DNA of 34,320 bases from Paraphysomonas bandaiensis (taxonomy: Eukaryota; Protista; Chrysophyceae). Below, one piece after another: positions 21,194-34,255 of the stretch (its first letter is position 1; every line of letters starts with the position of its first letter). The notes beneath the pieces are model-generated. The model ran no database searches. It saw nothing but the letters and a program-made list of their open reading frames with translations, and was not told where the DNA came from. Where the stretch lies: positions 1-34,320 of the forward strand of contig CBFFRP010000224.1 in assembly GCA_965644295.1 (NCBI GenBank), read 5' to 3'. Both the position numbers and the translations under genes were made by a program.

Positions 21194-21422
21194 ACATTCA
21201 ATATATGTGATAATCACTTTCTCATCATTTAGTATAACTTGCAATCTAGCTATATATTGATTAGCTTCACTATCTTAAACAGTCGTCACTATATCACATA
21301 GTCACAGTATTTCAATATAATGCCATTTTTTTCTTCCTAAATTCAAAACCGTCTAGACAACAGCAATACTCAACCATAGCTAAGCAAACTCAACAATGCA
21401 TATAAATATATGTATCAGGTAT

Positions 21423-21472
21423 CAGGGCTGCATATCAATTTATTTCAATTATTGAAATTGCAATAATTGAAG
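21423..21472 (+). mobile_element. Possible orphan hAT-like terminus
   Basis: CAGGGCTGCA followed by ATTGAA/ATTGCA-type short repeats. No partner end seen. Confidence 0.3.
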
Positions 21473-21843
21473 TACATATACTGCGACACTCAAGCGGCAA
21501 CAATTCTGTATGGTTTTAGGCATGCGAGTTACTTTTTTTGTAGTTACTAACATATATATATAATTAAATACGATTTTGGCTGATGTTATCCACCCTAATT
21601 TTCTCATCACCACTTATCCTGTTGTTGGAAAGTTAAGACACGACAACAGTGAATTCTATAACAGAGTCTGCTAAAAAGTTTCATGACATCTCGCCATGTG
21701 AGTTCTCTAGGACAGTCGCCTAGTGATATAGGTACTTAGTACGAGACAACAACCACAAACGTTGCACCAAAACAACAACATACTACTTATTATAACTTTG
21801 CATAAGAATTCTACGAACCACTTCCAACTTCGCGGGTAGTTGC

Positions 21844-22313
21844 TTACGCGGCTTGCTGCTTGAGCTGCTGAAACACCTTCGCCTTAATCCAGTCCCTTCC
21901 TTTCGGCTCATATACACTAGTTGCAGGGTCGCAGCTAAAATTTATGTTAGTGTTAAAGAATGAAGCATTCTACTAATCAATTTACTTACACTAGTCCACA
22001 GATATCATGCAGACTGTCGATATAATTGTACAAGTCCGAAATATCATAAGTGATATGCTGGATGCCTGGGTTTAGTTCCTTCAGCTTGTGCTCATACATT
22101 TTCACAATTGCTGCATTATAGCATCAGATATCCCTCATAACTGTATGGATAACACACACACATACCATCCATAGCACCGTTAACGGAATCGAAATCAACA
22201 TAAGTTCTAGTGCTGAACTGAGGGGTGTGTTGAATCAATATTACAGTGTGCTTCTTGCCGGACTGTTCACACATATGTAACATATCGTTAATGTAATATG
22301 AGTAACGTACCAT
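21844..22313 (-). CDS. ERH: Enhancer of rudimentary homolog, 4 exons (22313-22311, 22262-22166, 22110-21990, 21934-21844)
   Basis: HTVILIQ..STRTYVDFDSV..MYEHKLKELNP..ITYDISDLYNYID..YEPKGRDWIK; canonical introns. Confidence 0.96.
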
Positions 22314-22735
22314 TTGAACGTAATGGAGTAGTTGGCGGGTCTAATTGCTTATTTATATAATTATAATTGCAGTGAATTATATCGAAACTGATGTTTAAAA
22401 GTCAAATCAATGCAACTCTCTCATATACATTGCAACACAAGACATGCATGCATCAGCATACTGTACATATATACACATACATACACAAACCATACACACA
22501 GACATACATACCACTGCACACGATCCCATATACTGCTACACACATCCATATCCTCGACTCGCTAAAAAGCTATTAGGTTAAAAAAAACTGAAAACCGGTT
22601 GAAGATACGTCGAGGTTTTTGTGGAGTGAGATGAGAAAAATGACAGTGAAATGAACATGATAATAACAAGCGACTTGGAGGCTCCATATACATAGTTGCA
22701 GATCTCTTGACTCTACTACAGTAAGCTTATAAAAG

Positions 22736-23330
22736 ATGGGAAAAGGGTAATACATCGAAGGATGTGTCTTTTGTATGTGACTTTGAAATAACAGAAAGCC
22801 AGCTGGTATTCGCGCCGGGCGCAAAATGCGTAACCATCGCCGTGAGGAGAGATGGGCAAGCAAACCCTACAATAAGTCCCACTCTGTGGCTCACATGAAG
22901 GCTAACCCTCTCGGTGGATCCTGTATGTCCAAGGGAATTGTCCTTGAGAAGATGTAAGATTAATAACAGTTATGATGTTTGTAATATCTAACTATTGCTA
23001 TGTGTTTATAGTGGTATGGAAGCCAAACAGCCCAACTCCGCTATTAGAAAGGGTGTGCGTGTGCAGCTCATCAAGAACGGCAAGAAGATTGCTGCCTTCG
23101 TTCCTAATGACGGTTGTTTGAACTTTGTCGATGAAAACGTAAGAGTATCTATTTTTGTTACATAAAGCCGATGACAATATTGGGTACAGGACGAGGTTCT
23201 CATTGCCGGTTTCGGTAAGCGTGGTCACTCTAAGGGTGATATCCCCGGATGTCGTTTCAAGGTCGTTAAGGTGTCTGGTGTTGCTTTGATTGCTCTATGG
23301 AAGGGAAAGAAGGAGAAGCCCCGTGCTTAA
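22736..23330 (+). CDS. RPS23: 40S ribosomal protein S23 (uS12), 4 exons
   Basis: [67 protein letters not shown]. Confidence 0.98.
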
Positions 23331-23865
23331 GTTAATGGTGGAGTTTGAGATCTGTACTTAATCTGTTAATTCAGACATTTTATACAACTATGTTTATGGC
23401 TACCATCCTGTGTGGTATGACTTAGAAAGTAGACCAATATTTTTTCCTTTAGTAGTGGTATAAACCGCTCACTATATTAGCTGTATTGTGAGAACTGTGT
23501 GTACTACGAGACAATATTATATCCGTCCTCATTGTAGCGCAGTATCCATCTAGATAGTAAATAGTGGGTTGTCAACACTTAATACCCTAAAAGAGTTGTG
23601 GATATCGTGGTGTTCTAAATATTATTCACTGCGTGATAAAAGTGGAGCGCGCCTAGTTAGTGTGCATTAATAACGTACTAGACACAGCCAGCAGTGCGTG
23701 TTCAGCCTGTGATCTGGGACATTAGTGCAAAGACAAAATGCATATTCTAAAACATATATCTGATTACTTATAAGTAAAGAACTCATCTTCGTTGCAAAGG
23801 TGCCCCAATACAATTATATGCCAAGTGTGCTGTGAAGCGATTGTCGCAACTACTCAACTATAAAT

Positions 23866-24982
23866 TTATTTTCTGGAAAAACTCTTTCCACTTGCCGTTT
23901 TCTTCTCAGTTTCCAGTTGTGGAACGGCACGATTAAGCACTTGCAGCCATCCCGCAACACGCTTTCTCATTCGCATGTGCAGATATGTCTTTGAACACTT
24001 GATGTGATAGTGAAGGTAGTTGCGAAAGCCGGTAAGCATTGTGACTGCCTTCTCCAGACGATCACCCTGAACATGCCTGTCTTCAAGAGCAAAGGCGAGG
24101 AAGCCCGCTGCATCAGGATTAAAATTCGAAACCATTGATGCAATTTCTCGAGGAGGTTCCCGGGTGAATGATACAGGTGGTGCGGTGCGGACTGTCCTCT
24201 GGGCCTCAACAAACTCCTGTAAGAATACCCGGGCGACAGCGCGATCAGTGGCATCTGCAAAGTCCACGTAAAAAACCACAACCACTTTTGACGCGCTTGG
24301 GCAGACGTATATCGCCTCATTCTTACGGTAGCTGATGGTAACGGGTGTTGCATCACCGCTGGATTTGTTAGCTAGGGCAGTAAAGGCTTTGTGCAGAGGG
24401 CCACCAAGTACGTGCCTCTTAAGCTGTGATATTTGCTCAAGCGTCTCTTCAGGGTTGGCCAAATTATCACAATCAAACTGTATTGCAATATCATAGCCGG
24501 AGTCTGGACGGGTTTCCATGCCAGGAAAATGACGATCTAACAGGTCCGAGCTGCCCATTCTGTAGTAAACATGTCATATCTATCTATACACAACACAGAG
24601 TGATCTATCACCTTTTGAGATCAGCAGCCCCCTTCATTGCAAGATTAACAGTAACCATTTGCGGAGATTCCGGTTGACATGAAATTTTGAAAGAAACATC
24701 TACGTAATACAGACAAGTCAGATACAATTATATTCAAAGTCGCCTGATTTACCATCAAAATCATCAAATGTTATTTCACAGGGTTCCCGTTTTCCCCTAA
24801 TACAAAGTATTATACGTATAAAATTAGCGTATATTACACTACTCTTACTCTAAGATGCGAGTCTGTAAATTCTCGTGAAGTATAGCACTCCTGCTATCTA
24901 GAAATATCAGACCCTGGTGAAAGACAGTCACCTACACGAGTATATGCTATAATTACTATCATAAAACCTTTGTTGATGCCAT
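23866..24982 (-). CDS. ARPC2: Arp2/3 complex subunit 2 (p34-Arc), 5 exons
   Basis: TFDDFDDVSFKI, ISYRKNEAIYV, ARVFLQEFVEA, TAPPVSF and FRNYLHYHIKCSKTYLHMRMRKRV. Confidence 0.96.
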
Positions 24983-25425
24983 TGATGAATGCCCAGATAT
25001 CTACTCTAAACTCACACACTCTTACTTCTCTTTGATTATAACGCGGTAGTTGATGCTGCACAATATGCGTGAAGCTGTGTATGACTATATAACTAACTAT
25101 CTCATAAGATTGATGTGCGTGTACTCTACGCATCATCTTTTTTGTACCTACCTCTGCGTACCTACAGATCTAATGCCTACGTTCCTATAGATATATTAAT
25201 ATGTACCTATGTATTTATATCCTTATGTATCCGTGAGTACCTCGATGTACTTATATCCCTACGTACCTATATAATGTACCCAGAGTACAGCAGTACATCC
25301 TCTGCATGCCAACACACACAGTAGCTCTGCTCAGTGCACATCATCTCATCACATACCACACTCAGTGTGCATTGTTAATATCCATTCAGTGGTAGATAAC
25401 AGTGTTATCAAATCTTTGTAACACT

Positions 25426-26507
25426 ATGTCAACATCTTTTACGGACTATGCCGTTGGTGCGGTTATTAAGGTATGTATACACACACATATCTATGTACCG
25501 TTGCACTGTATGTGATCTGATTATATAATCAGGGGGACGGACAAGTATCAAGTCTAGATTATCACCGACAAGGCCAAATGTTAATAGCGGGAACAACTAA
25601 TAATACATTGTATGTGATTGATTCCCTGTCGGGGCAACTAAAGAAGAAGCTCTTTGTTAAAACAGCTGGTCTAGGCAACGTACGATACACTCATCATGAG
25701 CAATGTATATTAGTTTCCTCAGAGAGACACACAAATGATATAAGATATTTATGTGTGTATGATAATCGTTATCTAAGATACTTCAAAGGGCACACAGACC
25801 GTGTGACTTCTCTTGCAATGTCTCCAATTGATGATCACTTTTTGTCATCATCTTTGGATCGTACAGTGTGTTTGTGGAGTCTGGAATTATCGGGACCTGT
25901 TGCCAAGCTCGCCCTTCCAAGTGATACCTCAAGACCCCAGGTGGCTTATGATAGTACAGGAGTTGTATTTGCAGTAATGGCCAAGAGTACAGCAACTGGT
26001 CAGCACAGTGTTCGCCTCTACGATTCACGGAATTATCAGAAGGGCCCATTTGTAGATATTGGACCTACCCAGCGGTCGATTGAGGACGCCCTTGCCCGTG
26101 CAGACCCAGACATGGATCCATCTCTCGTGCAGCGTGCTCTTGCCTCCTCATGGACAGACTTATCGTTCTCACCTGATGGGGGGAAGGTACTGGTAAATAC
26201 ATCTTCCGACATCCTTTTATCCTTGGATGGGTTTCGGCCTGACGTCGAACCCGTGGTTCTATGTGGTCGAGGAAACTCATCTAGCACTCTAGGTGCGACT
26301 TTTACCCCGGACTCGAAGTATGTCCTAGCCGGATCAGAGGATAAGCAGGTGTTGGTATACGACTTTAACACCGGCGCACAAGTCGGAAAGCTCAATGGTG
26401 AACACGTTGCCCCAGTATCTGCCGTTATGTGTAACCCGAGATATGATTGCATTGCTACTGCGGGAATAAATACAGCATTGTGGATTCCGAACACACAGTA
26501 TCGTTAG
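25426..26507 (+). CDS. WDR82: WD40 protein WDR82/SWD2 (COMPASS subunit), 2 exons (intron 25471-25532)
   Basis: IRYLCVYDNRYLRYFKGHTDRVTSLAMSPIDDHFLSSSLDRTVCLW; RLYDSRNYQKGPF; ATFTPDSKYVLAGSED. Confidence 0.93.
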
Positions 26508-26959
26508 ATCTCTTTCTGTTTTTGTGAAATAAAAATATTCTAATTTCGATCAATTATCTGTGTATAGTCGTGAACTGATAGTGAGATGAGAACCGCTAAA
26601 CTATTATAGTCTATGGTCTTGGAAAAGTATATGACATGCTGCTTCACTGAACCTACAGAGCTAGGTAAAGTATGAAGGTAACTTTGCAGCGAAATGATAT
26701 ACCATAACAGAAACTGACTTTAGGATGCTAGAAATTAAGCAAAACTTTTCAACTTACTAAATAATCAGCTATTTTTACTACTGGCAATCAATATTGAAAG
26801 ATGTTAGATAGTCACGCTCTTATACGGTTAATATATAATATATTAATGTGGTATGTGGTGTAATGTAGTACTTCAGTTTGTGTAAACGTGTAAACTGCAA
26901 ACTACCTCATAGCATAGCACGCCTGCATAACACATAATTTAATATCACAATATAGCTAT

Positions 26960-27186
26960 AACTGTGGAACTGAAGTATTGTTTCATACGGAAGTTGTGCA
27001 GTGGTTGGCATAACGAAATAAATTATCATGTTGTTGACACGTTTTACATGACAACACACACAATTGTGATTGAAATATAATAACGTAATCTATCTAGTTT
27101 GATTACAAGAAACTTCTCTTAACTCTTAACGATATCTAAATTGTTTGAAAAATGACCAACAGTCAATATGGTAGCGGATGAGGAGT
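26960..27186 (+). mobile_element. Old relic of the same Copia-type family (LTR 3' part, PBS, gag start)
   Basis: AATCTATCTAGT and AAAATGACCAACAGTCAATA-TGGTAGCGGATGAGGAG (MTNSQYGSG*) parallel AAAATGAGCAATTCTCAATA-TGGTAGCGAGCGAGGAG (MSNSQYGSE) at 5780. The left boundary is approximate. Confidence 0.7.
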
Positions 27187-27570
27187 GCTTCAGTTGCTTT
27201 GAATTTCTTATGCTTTAGATGAAACTTCTGGAGTTCCTTCGGGGATCGCTTGCTTGTATGAGATTCGTTTTCCAGCCTTCGTATCGTCTAATTGCTCTAT
27301 CTTTTTAGATGACATTTCATATGAGACATCATCAGGTAACAGATACAGTACACATATATATATATGTATGCAACATGTCACCACTAATATGATATACAAG
27401 AGAAATAAAAAAGACAACTAACGTCTCATAACACTCTCTATGTCCCTTCTATAACAATTTATTGATCTGATGTCAAAAATAAATAGCGTTTTAATTACCA
27501 ACATCGTGAAAGACTTCCAACACGTTCCTACTACTTTCGACATGCAGAGCAAACCGAACTACAAACACAA

Positions 27571-28448
27571 TTACAGCAATTTCTTGGACGTAAAGAAGTT
27601 ACGAAGATAAATTAACTGCCATGCTGCAGTCCCGAGAAGTACGAACATTGATAAGTACGAGAACCACGCAATCCTCGCGTTAGTGGCATCTGAATATAAA
27701 AGTGTATCAGATATTGGTCACGCATTCCACAAATATATTTATCGCACCGATCACATCCATAAGAGCTGATTCCTGTCTCTTGGCAAAATCTATTTCGTGA
27801 CTAATATCCTGCAGAAGCAGCTCGGCAGAAAGTAGTTTCCGCTGTTCCGGGGTAAACGTTAAATCAGATAACGTCTTTTACCAAATACTTACTTCCACCG
27901 ACGGAATATTCTTATCTATTTTTTTGGAGCGTTCAACACCACGGTTCTTGAAGCTGACGTAAAATATAACATGCATTGCTTGATCTCCTATTCGCATTCC
28001 TTTCAAGAGACATATAGGACATCAATGGAGTGTACATACCATTATTGGCAAAGCACATTTGATAAACGCCGCGGAGAGCAATATTTTTTGATATCTCTCG
28101 AACCTCTCCAGAGTGAACACTATCTTCTAATAATATTCCACCTTCTGGATCACTAATCTGTTGAGTTCTTTAATAGAAATCACTTACAATCATAGACAAT
28201 AATACCGAAACTTGAATAGTCTGTATATTTCCATTCTCTGTTGATCCAACTGGACGAATAAAAAATGTAGCAGCATCTTCTTGATCAAGTTCCTGACCAA
28301 CACACTTCCAAGAGATGTATGATGAGGCATATATATATCATACTGTATATATACGTACTCGTGGAGAAGATGGCTTAACAAGCATCTTAAGGGAGTAAAT
28401 ATTACCCACTAATAGGGCGAAGATACACACAAAGAAACTTCGACTCAT
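27571..28448 (-). CDS. emp24/gp25L/p24 GOLD-domain cargo receptor, delta subfamily (TMED10/Erv25-like), 6 exons; not represented in the ORF track
   Basis: Signal peptide; CVGQEL..GVYQMCFANN (GOLD Cys pair); coiled coil; TNARIAWFSYLSMFVLLGTAAWQLIYLRNFFTSKKLL*. Confidence 0.93.
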
Positions 28449-28862
28449 GGGTGATAGTGGTATAGGCAATGAGGCTATTAATAGTTAATAGTGATGTGGA
28501 AGCATAGTGAGAGCAGCTCTACACTTGAGCTGAGTCGATATGATACATCACTGTAGTACAGTATATATGCAGTATGCTATGAGGTGCGTGTGTTGGGTAT
28601 TCTATAGCAAACAGGTGTGTCCAGACAGGACTGTGATATATCTACATATGTATCCACACGGATGTACTGTACTATAGTATACGGACTGTACATATACACC
28701 AACAGGACCACCCTCTATACCTACTCCTACACAGCCTGCCTGTATATGTATGTATGTGTCGTACAATACATACAGCAGTCGTCCATATAGCTAACAGGTC
28801 ACAGCATGCAGCAGGAAACAACACACCTTCATATCTACCCCATTCATTCCCAATACACTACA

Positions 28863-30273
28863 ATGAAAGAAACCATAGTACTCTACTTCTTTCAAGGTGA
28901 AGCTGGTGAATCTATATCACAACCCAATGCTTTTGTGGTATGCATATGACTCTATTGAACAGTCGTATCGTATGACTGATGTTGCACTATACAGATATCA
29001 TCTGCGGGTCCTGTGACTATGACAGATTTCTTGGATGCTTTTCCTGTAAAAAATAGCGCGTTACATTACAGATTTCAAATGGATGATAAGATGTACGGTT
29101 ACACATGGAAGGTATAGAGGAGACTGCGTCGATCCTAACTACTGACTATTGCTGCAGGATATTACCTCTCCATCAGATGTTCTACCAACTCATATGGGAA
29201 TAATTATGGCAAAGATTCTTCGCCTAGACCCTGAAAACTGTGTGAAGCGAAAGACCAGACTCTGTCGCAAGACCGATATTGAATACTGTGAGTCTGGCGA
29301 CCTAGCTCCCGCCCCTGTACAGGCGAACAAAAGGGATGATCTCAAGCCTAATGTGAGAACGCAACGTCCAGCTGCTTCTAGAGAGTCAAGTCATCCAAGT
29401 AACTCCTTTGATAAGTCGTCTGGTGAAGGCTCACCAACCGACACAACGTCCAAGCCAGAGCGGGGTTCCTCACCTGCTGTGGAGCGTTCTTCTCCACCAC
29501 CTGCGCCCAAGTCTACACCTACTCCACCCATAAATTCGACCCCATCTCCTCCTCCACCACCACCAGAGCCTGCATTGTCGCGAGAAGAGCTGGCTGCCCG
29601 GCGGGAGGCGAATGTTCAAGACCAAGTGGACGAAGCTCTGCGAGAAAAACGAGAGGTAACTATTGCCTCCACCTCGCTCGGTATTTTAACCTGATACTGG
29701 CAGAGGGATGAATCACAGAGAAAAGAAGAAGAGGAGCTGGAAGCTGCGAGAGCGAAATACGACAAAATGCTTACGGTATGCTATTTACTGGGAGTTATGC
29801 AGTACACGAGGAATAACTATGTGAGTAGGCATGGGCAATGGATAACAACAAGAGGCGAAATGTCCGTACCCTTCTCAGCACAATGCATGTAAGAAACCTA
29901 TAGCTAGTATTTTGAAATAACTGTGACACTCTGGGTGGGGCTTCAGACTGTCATATGGCCGGATAGCAGGTGGAAACCCATTGGACTTGGTGATGTGATC
30001 GCACCAAATCAGGTATCTGGCTGACCTATAGCCATGATGATGTAATGTGTGACACCTATACTTTCTGCAACAGGTTAAACTGGCATATCGTAAGGCTATG
30101 CTTGTTGTGCACACAGACAGGTGAGTCTTCCGATAACTTTAATTTTACTGATATTGTACACTTACTCGAGCAGGTGCAGTGGTTTGGATATTGAGAAAAA
30201 GTTTATTGGAAAGAGAATTTTCGAGAATATAAATGAGGCCTATCGAGAGTTCCTTGAAAAGGAGGACGTCTAA
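28863..30273 (+). CDS. N-terminal DIX-like domain, Pro/Ser linker, coiled coil and auxilin-type J domain, 8 exons
   Basis: N-terminus IVLYFF..PNAF..VTMTDFLDAFP..LHYRFQ..YTWKDITS..LP..GIIMAKILRL. C-terminus NVRTLLSTMH..WPDSRWKPIGLGDV..VKLAYRKAMLVVHTDR..RIFENINEAY. Confidence 0.85.
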
Positions 30274-30542
30274 CATGTTTCTGATCGTGTCAGTGTATGG
30301 TATACTATCCAGTGATATGAGTTCCTACTCATTCGTTGTAAAACTGTTAGAAACATACAATGACTTAACGTTGTATTGTCATTAATAATAGTAGCGTATT
30401 GCATATCATTATAGTGGTTCTGACTGTACGAATAGTGAACATCTACTCTACACCGCTCTGATTTTTCAAATAAACACGGTATTTTTCTATCTAAGTTGTA
30501 GAAATGGGCAAAAGTCAATCGTATCATCATCACGGGCTTACA

Positions 30543-31339
30543 TTTTGAGTTCTGCTATTTGAGAGCAATTAATAGCTGTAGTTCCAAGATATTAGAATGT
30601 CATGATAGAAGTCATAGTGAAACTGAAATATTGACCGTATAAGGACGTGATATCTAATATTTTATGGAAATGGTTGGTAGACATGTGATATTGATATATT
30701 GATTATAAGTTTATTTCATGTTACTATATCTTTCTAACTTATAATATCAGCATAGAGTGAAAGTATTGTTCAGTCAAGCCATTTTCTATATTGAACTACA
30801 ACCAACTCCTACGTACGTACTTGAAGTTTGGTAAAACCAATCGCTAGTAGTTATCCTGTATTCTATGTAGCAATGAAATACAGAATATACATGACTACAG
30901 GATAGGAGTAGCTATTACAAGTATACAAAGAAACTGAAAATATAGTAGCTGTTAAAGATATGATTTGTAGAACAGAATGTTGATGTTGGTGAATGACGTG
31001 GTTCCTAACTCACAGTGCTACAACATCATAAACTTTCTATATCTCCTATAATATCAATCAGTCAATATTGCACTAACTAAAAGCGTAAATTAATATTCTA
31101 ACACATGTCTAGCAAACACCATTCTACCAGTTCCAAATCGTTCTCAAGGTCCAGTATTTTCATATGTTATATGCAGGGAACAATGAGACTGAAAGATTAT
31201 TTATTATTTAGTAGGCTAAAATTTTAATGACTGATTTAGTACGCAAGAGTATGACTCCTCGATATTTGGAGCTGCTCATGCAATCAGTTTAGCTATATTC
31301 GTACGACGTTTAGTATAAATTCATTGGTACAGCAAGGAG
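30543..31339 (+). mobile_element. Degenerate Copia-type LTR region with a PBS-like end (same family; probably contains an insertion)
   Basis: Start TTTTGAGTTCTGCT..GAGCAATTAATAGCTGTAGTTCCAAG resembles the LTR start at 6131. Internal CATATGT..ATGCAGGGA..AATGAG. End TATAAATTCAT-TGGTACAGCAAGGAG. Confidence 0.6.
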
Positions 31340-31410
31340 TAATTGCAGTTATAATAGACTACAACCTACAACCTGTGCCAAGTGCCAATTAATAATTAAT
31401 TGACAATATT

Positions 31411-31560
31411 ATATATTGCAACACTATTGTTAGGCGGCATCCCATTAATAATATTTCACATCTATATACATTAGTGTCATTAATCAGCAGTTGAATACAT
31501 GAATATATTCCATTTTTAGTTGAAGTCATTAAGACACATTATAGGCAAACCCACTACACT
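31411..31560. mobile_element. Old relic of the hAT family B left subterminal region
   Basis: ATATATTGCAACACTATTGTTAG..CCATTAATA and AGTCATTAAGA..CAAACC resemble 18221-18430. Confidence 0.55.
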
Positions 31561-31968
31561 GCCGAGCATGCCCCTACCTACTCTTCAGCTAATCACAATT
31601 TTTCTTATACTTATCCCTTATGCCATTATCATCATCTCACTCACTCAATCTTAATTGTAATATGAATGCATCCGCCCAAAATTGTCGATTAGCATTCAGA
31701 AGCAGCACCGTATTAACTGTAGTAGAATGTATACATTAGTTCAACACTGAGAATATAAATTTGGGATCGCTGAACAGGCGTTCAAATAAATACACACTAC
31801 ATGAGTCATGCACCTATACTTAGATACATCAACTAAGTAACATATAGAATTTTATAAAATCCCGGCGTGATTTTGTGTGTGTGGTGGCAAGCAAGCTCCA
31901 GCTAGATCTACACTATACTTGCATGTTGCATAGACCTTACACGACTACGAGAAACCCGCGCATTCTAC

Positions 31969-32288
31969 GGGGGGAGGGATCTCTGCTAATGACACGCTAG
32001 GCATATACTAAGCCATTCATGATCACGAGGTGCTCCGCGTAATCGTTGTTAGGGGATGGTTTGTGAACTACATACCCAGGTATTGCACAGCTGTGAGAAA
32101 TCCCACGAAATCATGGGTGGGTGTAGGGTGGCTCAAACAGAATCTGCACGTAATTTATATAATTCGCCAAAATGATGAACGGGTGGGCGGGTGTGTGACT
32201 ACGTTGAATAAGCACAAAATCTTGGTGTTATATGAGGTGTTCGAACGAGCGTACACTGTCCGGCCACGCTGACGGAAGGGGCATTACA
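31969..32288 (+). mobile_element. Possible PPT plus 3' LTR (about 305 bp) of another Gypsy-type element
   Basis: Purine tract GGGGGGAGGGA, then TGCTAATGAC...GGGGCATTACA. GC-richer island; no second copy in the window. Confidence 0.45.
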
Positions 32289-32854
32289 TCATATGATATA
32301 CAGGCTTTATATATAACTGTTTGTAGTATGACAAATATCATCAACGTTTGATTCATTGTTCCATTTAGTATTCAGTATGCTCACTTGACTGGAAATATAT
32401 ACACGTAACTACACGTAACTGTACATCCACTCAGCCGCACCATCCTGCATGAAATATGAATCAAATTAAAATCTGATCATTGCAATATGTCCTCATATAT
32501 CTTATTAGTGTATCGGGAGTCCAATACCTAACAGATAAGTGTATATGGAAATGTTATTCATGTAATGTGGTTAAAGTGCACATTCTTACAGTGTCCCTGC
32601 TTGCAACACTACGCATCCATATACCGGTATACCTACTGTATATCCAACTACTGTGTATACCGCCGTATACCAGTTAGATATGATATACAGGTACATGTCC
32701 ACCTGCTGCGTGTATGTATGTAGAGTAGCATACTGCTGCTGTGTCACATTAAGGCGCTCATATATTCGTAGTAATTATATGAAACTATATATTTCTGTAT
32801 AATTGAATTAAAGTATCAATCAGATCATTGGGATATAGTGTTTTCTTTCTTCTA

Positions 32855-33770
32855 ATGGCGTCGTTTGTCTCCGATCAAGTGTGTTATGCCTACTATGAGG
32901 ACCTTCTGGATATCCCCACTCTCAATGTGTTAAGCGTCTGTCCTGTGTGTAATAAGAGAGTTGCATCACACCCGCATAGGCCCATTTCCAGTCCATCGCC
33001 TGTAAAAGATGCTTCTCTTCTATCACGTGAGCTTTCTACTCGATCAGAGGATATTCTTGCACAGCTTAATAGACTCTCCACTGAACTGGACTATTACAAA
33101 AAATGTGTACGTGACCTTGAGGAGAAAATGGGATCAGGCGATTTCTTGAGCAGCAAACATGAATTAGCGCAGTTAGTTGGCTCTATGGAACGATTCTTGG
33201 ATAATAAGGTGATGTAATTTCGGTTGCATTTACGACACTTGTGGTGATGTGGATCGTCAGGTAGATGCCGTCATTGTGTCTGAATGTGATAGTGGCCGGC
33301 AGGACGCAAGAGATCGAAAGAAGTTAATAACGAATGAAGTGGAAGAACTAGTTATCCAGGCGAAACATATGCACGAGCTCTGCTCTTCTATGCAATCGTC
33401 GTACGCTGGTGATGGCGACAACCCGTCTCAATGTGTTGCCAAGAATTCTTCTTCTGAACTTCAGTCGGTAGATGCACATCATGTACAGCATCATACGATC
33501 GATAGTGGAGGTGAGACCAATATGATACTTCATGGCCAGACATCCATAGATGATGCTCTCGGAGATGCTTTCAGCACCAGAGGAAAGAGCAACACAGGGG
33601 ATGACTTTCTAGAGGTCGGAAGAGAAGTGTTTTACCAAAGCTCCAGCGATCCTACCTCTCTGAAGGCAGCAAAGATCACTGTAGCAGACCCGGAGGGCGA
33701 GTACTTCACAGTACGGGTTATTGAAACTAACCAAGAAATAGACACTATCCGGTCTCACTTGATATATTGA
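32855..33770 (+). CDS. BAG-like domain protein with an N-terminal Cys/His motif and a C-terminal Tudor/SH3-like barrel, 2 exons (intron 33209-33260), 287 aa
   Basis: LAQLVGSMERFLDNK|VDAV..SGRQDARDRKKLITNEVE (BAG-like helices); CPVC..H.H; LEVGREVFY..AKIT..YFTVRV..EIDTIRSHL. Confidence 0.65.
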
Positions 33771-34255
33771 TGACGTATGGTACTTCCTTCAGTTCGTTGT
33801 TCACCATCCTGGTGTATTCACGTATCAGGACTCGTGGTATCTCCATTTTATTTGTAAGTTTATCGTTATGTTTTAAGGATGTATTGCTTTCTTGAACTTA
33901 TGGCCAATGTAAAACAGTGTGTAATACTAATTTGACCTAATGCTTAATTTTATAGAATTTATTGAAAGCGACAACAATTTATGAGCTACTGTAACAACGA
34001 ATAAAATTGTTTATCTTAGCAGCTCCCTATTACTTTGGTTAGTTTAGATACATTCATATTCTACCATTTATTTTGCTATTATTATTTATTGAGTAGAGAA
34101 TATAAATATACCCACCCAGCAGCAGTGAAGCTATATCTACATATCTACTATCTACTACGCACCTACATGTATTATTTCGATGCTATATAATATATTTATG
34201 TTCAGATGATATTACATAAAATTATCTTTACATTCATCGGTGGGATTCCCGCTGA

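Noticed and set aside
22954-23190. Intronic snoRNA in RPS23
   Set aside because: The introns are under 60 nt; an ATGATG is present but there is no CTGA D box.
27208-27417. 69-aa ORF as a gene
   Set aside because: No ATG start or recognisable motif, and it lies beside an LTR relic.
543-33533. Many 60-156 aa ORFs antisense to or overlapping real genes and transposons
   Set aside because: Shadow frames without motifs, many with non-ATG starts.
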